Assembly: GCA_963737155.1 (NCBI GenBank)
Contig: CAVTRN010000002.1
Location: 2,272,001-2,336,000 of the forward strand
Length of the DNA stretch: 64,000 bases
Reading direction: 5' to 3'
DNA from: Nitrospirota bacterium
GTDB taxonomy: Bacteria; Nitrospirota; UBA9217
Shown: positions 59,681-64,000 of the stretch, one piece after another
Layout: the number at the start of each line of letters is the position of its first letter
Numbering within the stretch: the stretch's first letter is position 1
Translations under genes and position numbers: made by a program
Notes under the pieces: model-generated
What the model was told of the DNA's origin: nothing
Database searches by the model: none
What the model saw: the letters and a program-made list of their open reading frames with translations, nothing else

Positions 59681-59920
59681 TTATCCTATTCCATACGGCA
59701 ACATCTGCTGGAAATTTTCCCGTTCACTCTTGTCGATCTCAAAATCACCGGTGAGTCGTCTTTTACGGGTAGCATTCTTGCCAGACAACAAATGGCGCTT
59801 CCAGCCTTTGCGCCGCATGATCTTTCCCGACCCACTCACCTTGAGCCGTTTGGCGGCACTACGGTTCGTTTTCAGTTTTATCTTTGTCTTTGTCTTTGCC
59901 TTTGTCTTTGTCTTTGCCAT
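59681..59920 (-). CDS. rpmI: 50S ribosomal protein L35 with an N-terminal repeat extension
   Basis: KLKTNRSAAKRLKVSGSGK..RHLL, ends LPY; lies between infC and rplT. Confidence 0.93.
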   Translation of the reverse strand: MAKTKTKAKTKTKIKLKTNRSAAKRLKVSGSGKIMRRKGWKRHLLSGKNATRKRRLTGDFEIDKSERENFQQMLPYGIG

Positions 59921-60029
59921 GATTTCTTCCCTTTCCGAAATCTCTTTTTAAGTCCTCTGTATAGCTATCAGGGAGGCATACCACCTCTTCGGAATTACTC
60001 CGGTAAGCATCGTTGATCGTAAGATCGGG

Positions 60030-60551
60030 TTATGCAGTTTTTGCTTTGGCACCGAGCAGCAGCGTCATGTTCCTGCCTTCCATGCGCGGTGGCTGTTCCA
60101 CGACAGCCTCATTCTGAAGTTCGGTAACGACCTTCTCAAGAAGAGCTCTTCCATGTTCGGTGTGAGCCATTTCGCGTCCGCGGAACATGATAGTCACTTT
60201 GACTTTGTTGCCTTCTTCGAGGAACCTCTTCATGTTGTTCATTTTAAAATTTACATCGTGCTCGTCAGTTCGCGGCCGAAGTTTTATTTCTTTTACAACG
60301 ATGACAGTCTGATGCTTTCTGGATTCTGCAGCTTTTTTGGCAATTTCGTACTTGTATTTCCCGAAATCCATGATCCGGCATACTGGCGGCTTTGCCGTAG
60401 GCGCCACTTCGACCAGGTCCAATCCCGCCTCCTCGGCTTTTTTGATTGCCTCCCGAGTATCGAGTATGCCGAGCTGCCCACCATCCGCATCAATGACCCT
60501 GATTTCCCTAACCTTAATGCCGTAATTGATTCTTGTCGTAATTTTACTGAT
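60030..60551 (-). CDS. infC: Translation initiation factor IF-3 (non-AUG start, probably ATC)
   Basis: LDLVEVAPTAKPPVCRIMDFGK, KEIKLRP, FRGRE; GGGGGTGA SD 6 nt upstream of ATC. Confidence 0.95.
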   Translation of the reverse strand: MSKITTRINYGIKVREIRVIDADGGQLGILDTREAIKKAEEAGLDLVEVAPTAKPPVCRIMDFGKYKYEIAKKAAESRKHQTVIVVKEIKLRPRTDEHDVNFKMNNMKRFLEEGNKVKVTIMFRGREMAHTEHGRALLEKVVTELQNEAVVEQPPRMEGRNMTLLLGAKAKTA

Positions 60552-60557
60552 AAACAA

Positions 60558-62498
60558 TCACCCCCTTATTAATTCTGTGGAAATTACTTTACCTTTGATT
60601 TTTTTCCCGACGGCATCGATGAATTCTGTAAGTTTCATGACCCCGTGATCCTTCCCGCCTCGCTCGCGGACAGCCACGGCATCCTGTTGCATTTCCTTAT
60701 CCCCGATAACAAGGATATAAGGCACTTTCTCCATCGCTGCCTCGCGAATTTTGAACCCAATCTTTTCCGACCGGCCGTCGAGATCTGTCCTGATCCCCGC
60801 CGCAAGGAGCTGATCCCGAACACTCTTGGCGTAATCCAACTGCTTGTCCGTGATGCAAATCACCTTTACTTGTAGCGGTGCGAGCCAGACTGGGAACGCC
60901 CCTGCAAAGTGCTCGATCAACATCCCGAAAAAACGTTCGATCGAGCCGAGCAATGCCCGATGAATCATGTATGGGCGGTGCGCCTGATTGTCGACGCCGA
61001 TAAAGGTCATGCCAAACCGCTCCGGCTCGTTGAAGTCAAACTGAACCGTTGAGCACTGCCAGAGACGCCCTAGAGCATCCTTGATCTTGATATCGATCTT
61101 GGGACCGTAGAAGGCGCCGCCGCCTTCATCCATTTCATAACCCAGACTGGCCTTGTCAGCGGCGATTTTAAGAGCCTGCGTAGCCTGCTCCCACATCAAG
61201 TTATCACCCACAGACTTCTCCGGCCGCGTGGCGATGTATGCTTTAAAATCACTGAACCCGAAGGTCCTGAGCATCTTTAAGACGAATTCAAGAACCCGGA
61301 TGACCTCTGTTTCCATATCTTCGGGCGCCACGAAGATATGTGCATCGTCCTGCGTAAAACCACGAACGCGCAACAGTCCGTGCAGCACGCCGGAGCGTTC
61401 GAAGCGGTACACCGTGCCCAACTCCGCATACCGAAGCGGCAATTCACGGTACGAACGAAGCTTGTTCTTATAAATCATGATATGAAACGGGCAATTCATC
61501 GGTTTAACATAATACTCCTGCCCTTCCACATCCATGGAAGAATACATGTTCTCCCTATAGAATCCTAAATGACCCGACGTCTCCCACAGTGTACCCCGAC
61601 CCACATGAGGCGAGTACACGAAATCGTAGCCATTCGTTTGATGCTCGTCACGCCAGAAATCCTCGATGGTCTTGCGGATAATCGCGCCCCGTGGATGCCA
61701 CAGAACCAGACCGCCGCCGATATCATCGGATAGCGAGAAGAGATCGAGATCCTTGCCTAGTTTTCTATGATCGCGGCGCTTGATCTCTTCGAGTCTATCG
61801 ACGTAAGCTTCCAACGCATCCTTGTTCGGGAACGAGATTCCGTAAATACGCTGGAGCATCTTATTCTTCTCACTGCCGCGCCAGTAAGCACCCGCAATCG
61901 AGAGAAGTTTGAAAGCCTTTATCTTCGATGTCCACGATACATGGGGCCCGCGGCAGAGATCCATAAAATCGCCCTGTTTGTAAATCGAGATTGTGCCATC
62001 GGGGAGCTCTCCTATTAGTTCGACTTTGTATATCTCGCCCAGTTTTTCAAACAACGTCAAGGCTTCCGCCTTCGGAAGTACTTTTCTCGTGATCGGCAAC
62101 GCAGCCTTGACAAGTTCCACCATCTTGTTTTCGATCTTAACCAAGTCTTCCGGAGTCAAAGGACGTTCAAGGTCAAAATCGTAATAGAATCCCTCTTCAA
62201 TGGCTGGTCCGATTGCAAGTTTCGCTTTTGGGAATAGCTGTTTCACCGCCTGGGCCATGAGGTGCGAAGTGCTGTGCCAATACACTTCGCGGCCCTCCAA
62301 GGCGTCAAAAGTCACTATCTCAATCGCGGCGTTGCGATCAACGGGGACATTGAGATCCTGAAGATGACCGTCTAACTTTATGGCAAGCGCGTCTTTAGCG
62401 AGGCGAGAGCCGATTTTCTCGGCAACTTCCTGACCGGTGATGCCAGATGGCATACTTTTGTCCCGACCGTCAGGCAGCCTGAGTTGTATTTCACTCAT
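60558..62498 (-). CDS. thrS: Threonine-tRNA ligase
   Basis: TGS domain, HSTSHLMA, DLCRGPH, RDHRKLG, KPMNCP, MIHRALLGSIERF. Confidence 0.98.
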   Translation of the reverse strand: MSEIQLRLPDGRDKSMPSGITGQEVAEKIGSRLAKDALAIKLDGHLQDLNVPVDRNAAIEIVTFDALEGREVYWHSTSHLMAQAVKQLFPKAKLAIGPAIEEGFYYDFDLERPLTPEDLVKIENKMVELVKAALPITRKVLPKAEALTLFEKLGEIYKVELIGELPDGTISIYKQGDFMDLCRGPHVSWTSKIKAFKLLSIAGAYWRGSEKNKMLQRIYGISFPNKDALEAYVDRLEEIKRRDHRKLGKDLDLFSLSDDIGGGLVLWHPRGAIIRKTIEDFWRDEHQTNGYDFVYSPHVGRGTLWETSGHLGFYRENMYSSMDVEGQEYYVKPMNCPFHIMIYKNKLRSYRELPLRYAELGTVYRFERSGVLHGLLRVRGFTQDDAHIFVAPEDMETEVIRVLEFVLKMLRTFGFSDFKAYIATRPEKSVGDNLMWEQATQALKIAADKASLGYEMDEGGGAFYGPKIDIKIKDALGRLWQCSTVQFDFNEPERFGMTFIGVDNQAHRPYMIHRALLGSIERFFGMLIEHFAGAFPVWLAPLQVKVICITDKQLDYAKSVRDQLLAAGIRTDLDGRSEKIGFKIREAAMEKVPYILVIGDKEMQQDAVAVRERGGKDHGVMKLTEFIDAVGKKIKGKVISTELIRG

Positions 62499-62528
62499 AA
62501 GATAGATAACATAGGATGTATTAAATCA

Positions 62529-62603
62529 TGGTAGGCCCGGGCGGTATCGAACCGCCGACCTCTACCGTGTCAAGGTAGCGCTCTCCCCCTGAGCTACGAG
62601 CCT
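62529..62603 (-). tRNA. tRNA-Val(GAC)
   Basis: AGGCTCGTAGCTCAG..CTACC-TTGACAC-GGTAG..GGTTCGATACC..CCTACCA cloverleaf with encoded CCA. Confidence 0.96.
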
Positions 62604-62684
62604 ATATGTGCTATTTCGTAACAAGAGCGAATTTTATTAAATTCCAGAGGGTTTGTCAAGAATAAAAACATCCCTTATATCCCG

Positions 62685-63320
62685 TCAAATACGCGATAAG
62701 GTTAAAAATCTCAATCAGGGCAGGATAATACACTACGATTCCGCTTACAGCATATTCGGAAATGTTGTGGAGCGGCTTTGCCGATTCTTTCTCATATCAA
62801 ATGGGTAAGCTCCACCTTGTTGTAGTCAAGCCTACTTATGAGCATGCAGATGGGAGCTACAAAGTTGTTGAATTTACAGTATTTTCATGCTTTCCATTTT
62901 TCAACCTAAAACCGCAAACTTTACCCACTTTATAAGAGACTAACAAGTTATACTGCACTTAATCCCATCTGCCAAAGATGGAGAACCGAAGCTCTACGTC
63001 AGAAAAACATGCAAAATAAGGCGAACGAATATGTTATGGGGCGCCTTAAAATAGGTGACCCAGAGGGTCCGTTTTTGGCGGCGTAAAGAAAACCAAGCCC
63101 TCTTTTCAAACTGTTTTAGGAGGTCGTGGTAAACTATGTCCTTCAGCAAACCGTTGGACCGAATCCATCTAGCTGTCCGCATATTTCCCGGGATATGAAG
63201 TGCCAGCCCTTTCCTGGATTTGAGTCTGTGCCTTCTCTGATTTGATTAGTTTCGCGCGGTAACCGCCTGTCCCGATAACTTATAGCAGCGTCTATGTGGT
63301 ATGCTTACCGTATCGGAATG
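62685..63320 (-). pseudogene. DUF4338-like (DruA-related, usually transposon-associated) pseudogene
   Basis: Broken translation ICGQLD..SNGLLKDIVYHDLLKQFEKRAWFSL and RNRSVIILPLIEIFNLIAYL, resembling NGxLKDMxCR and NNxRFLILPWVxxxNLAS. Confidence 0.5.
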
Positions 63321-63673
63321 CAAATAGTATGAACTTTTTTGGCCCTCCATACCTGAATCATTACCGCAAAATTTATTCTATATCTTGACAGGTGCAATAT
63401 GGTATGTTATACAATGAAAAATTCGGCATTTGCGTTCGGAATGCGAAGATTTTTGATGAACGAGAACATAGGGTATGCTGACGCTTAATCCGGAGCCAGT
63501 CTCAGGCTTGAGGTTTATGCTGAATCCGCATTTGCAGCCAGTCCAGCAGAGCTACTTCTGGTTTTTCTGCAAAATCTACTGTAATACTATCCTTATAAAA
63601 AATCCCCAGACGGAAGGACGTTGTCGTGCCTTCTCCACCTTGTACCGTCAGAATTGAGGAGGTAAGAAAAATA

Positions 63674-64000
63674 ATGGGATTTATGCAAAAACTCATATCA
63701 ATTGTTTTGCTATTGTTGTCTTGTGGCTGTGCCACTCTCCCAACAGGACCGAGCGTCACTGTCCTACCCACACAAGGAAAGCCTTTTGACACCTTCCGAG
63801 CCGAAGACGCAACCTGCAGACAGTGGGCGCAACAAAATATCGGGACGTCAGGTCAACAGACCTACGATAATAACGTTGCCATGGGAGCAGTTGCGGGTAC
63901 AGCCATAGGAGCCGGCCTGGGTGCGGCCGTAGGTTCAGCTTCCGGCCACGCTGGGGCAGGTGCCCTTATTGGTGGCGCATATGGGCTTCTAGTCGGATCA
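63674..64000 (+). CDS. Glycine-zipper (YMGG-like) lipoprotein, truncated by window end
   Basis: GAGGAGG RBS; lipobox SCGC; PTGPSVTVLP..GKPFDTF..DATCRQWA; GTAIGAGLGAAVG glycine zipper. Confidence 0.85.
   Translation, partial: MGFMQKLISIVLLLLSCGCATLPTGPSVTVLPTQGKPFDTFRAEDATCRQWAQQNIGTSGQQTYDNNVAMGAVAGTAIGAGLGAAVGSASGHAGAGALIGGAYGLLVGS

Noticed and set aside
63475-63657. 60-aa ORF upstream of the glycine-zipper lipoprotein
   Set aside because: Looks like a frameshifted remnant of a small YWxxC..YYPY-type protein; too weak to call

Overview
A 64-kb bacterial chromosomal window. The gene content (Geobacter/Myxococcus-type pilA with a pilG/H/I-like ABC cassette, futalosine menaquinone genes, group 1 [NiFe]-hydrogenase, c-type cytochromes) suggests an anaerobic or microaerophilic Nitrospirota or deltaproteobacterium-like organism; this taxonomy is inference only. 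Housekeeping and metabolic blocks: mqnE/mqnC, miaB/mtaB, a bioB-bioW-bioF-SDR-bioD operon with a BirA operator, tldD, a heme-c sensor kinase with a sigma-54 regulator, a full hydrogenase/hyp operon, sorAB plus cytochrome c6, ahcY/metK, prfB (+1 frameshift), thrS-infC-rpmI-rplT and tRNA-Val(GAC). The intergenic DNA holds many mobile-element pieces that the ORF track does not show. These include an apparently intact IS110/IS1111 element whose 3' non-coding region has segments matching both its reconstructed target and its donor junction (bridge/seekRNA layout). There is also an IS607 element with an atypical TnpB, a group II intron remnant, and a decayed IS200/IS605 family (TTAT target, TCAA end) whose right ends supply the stop codons of three host genes. 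Other notable items: a tandem pilA duplication whose amino-acid differences all lie in the C-terminal region, a HypC-HypA fusion, a Cys-to-Asp change at the hydrogenase proximal cluster, and a cobalamin riboswitch in front of a btuF pseudogene. All alignments were done by eye, and pseudogene and remnant boundaries are approximate.
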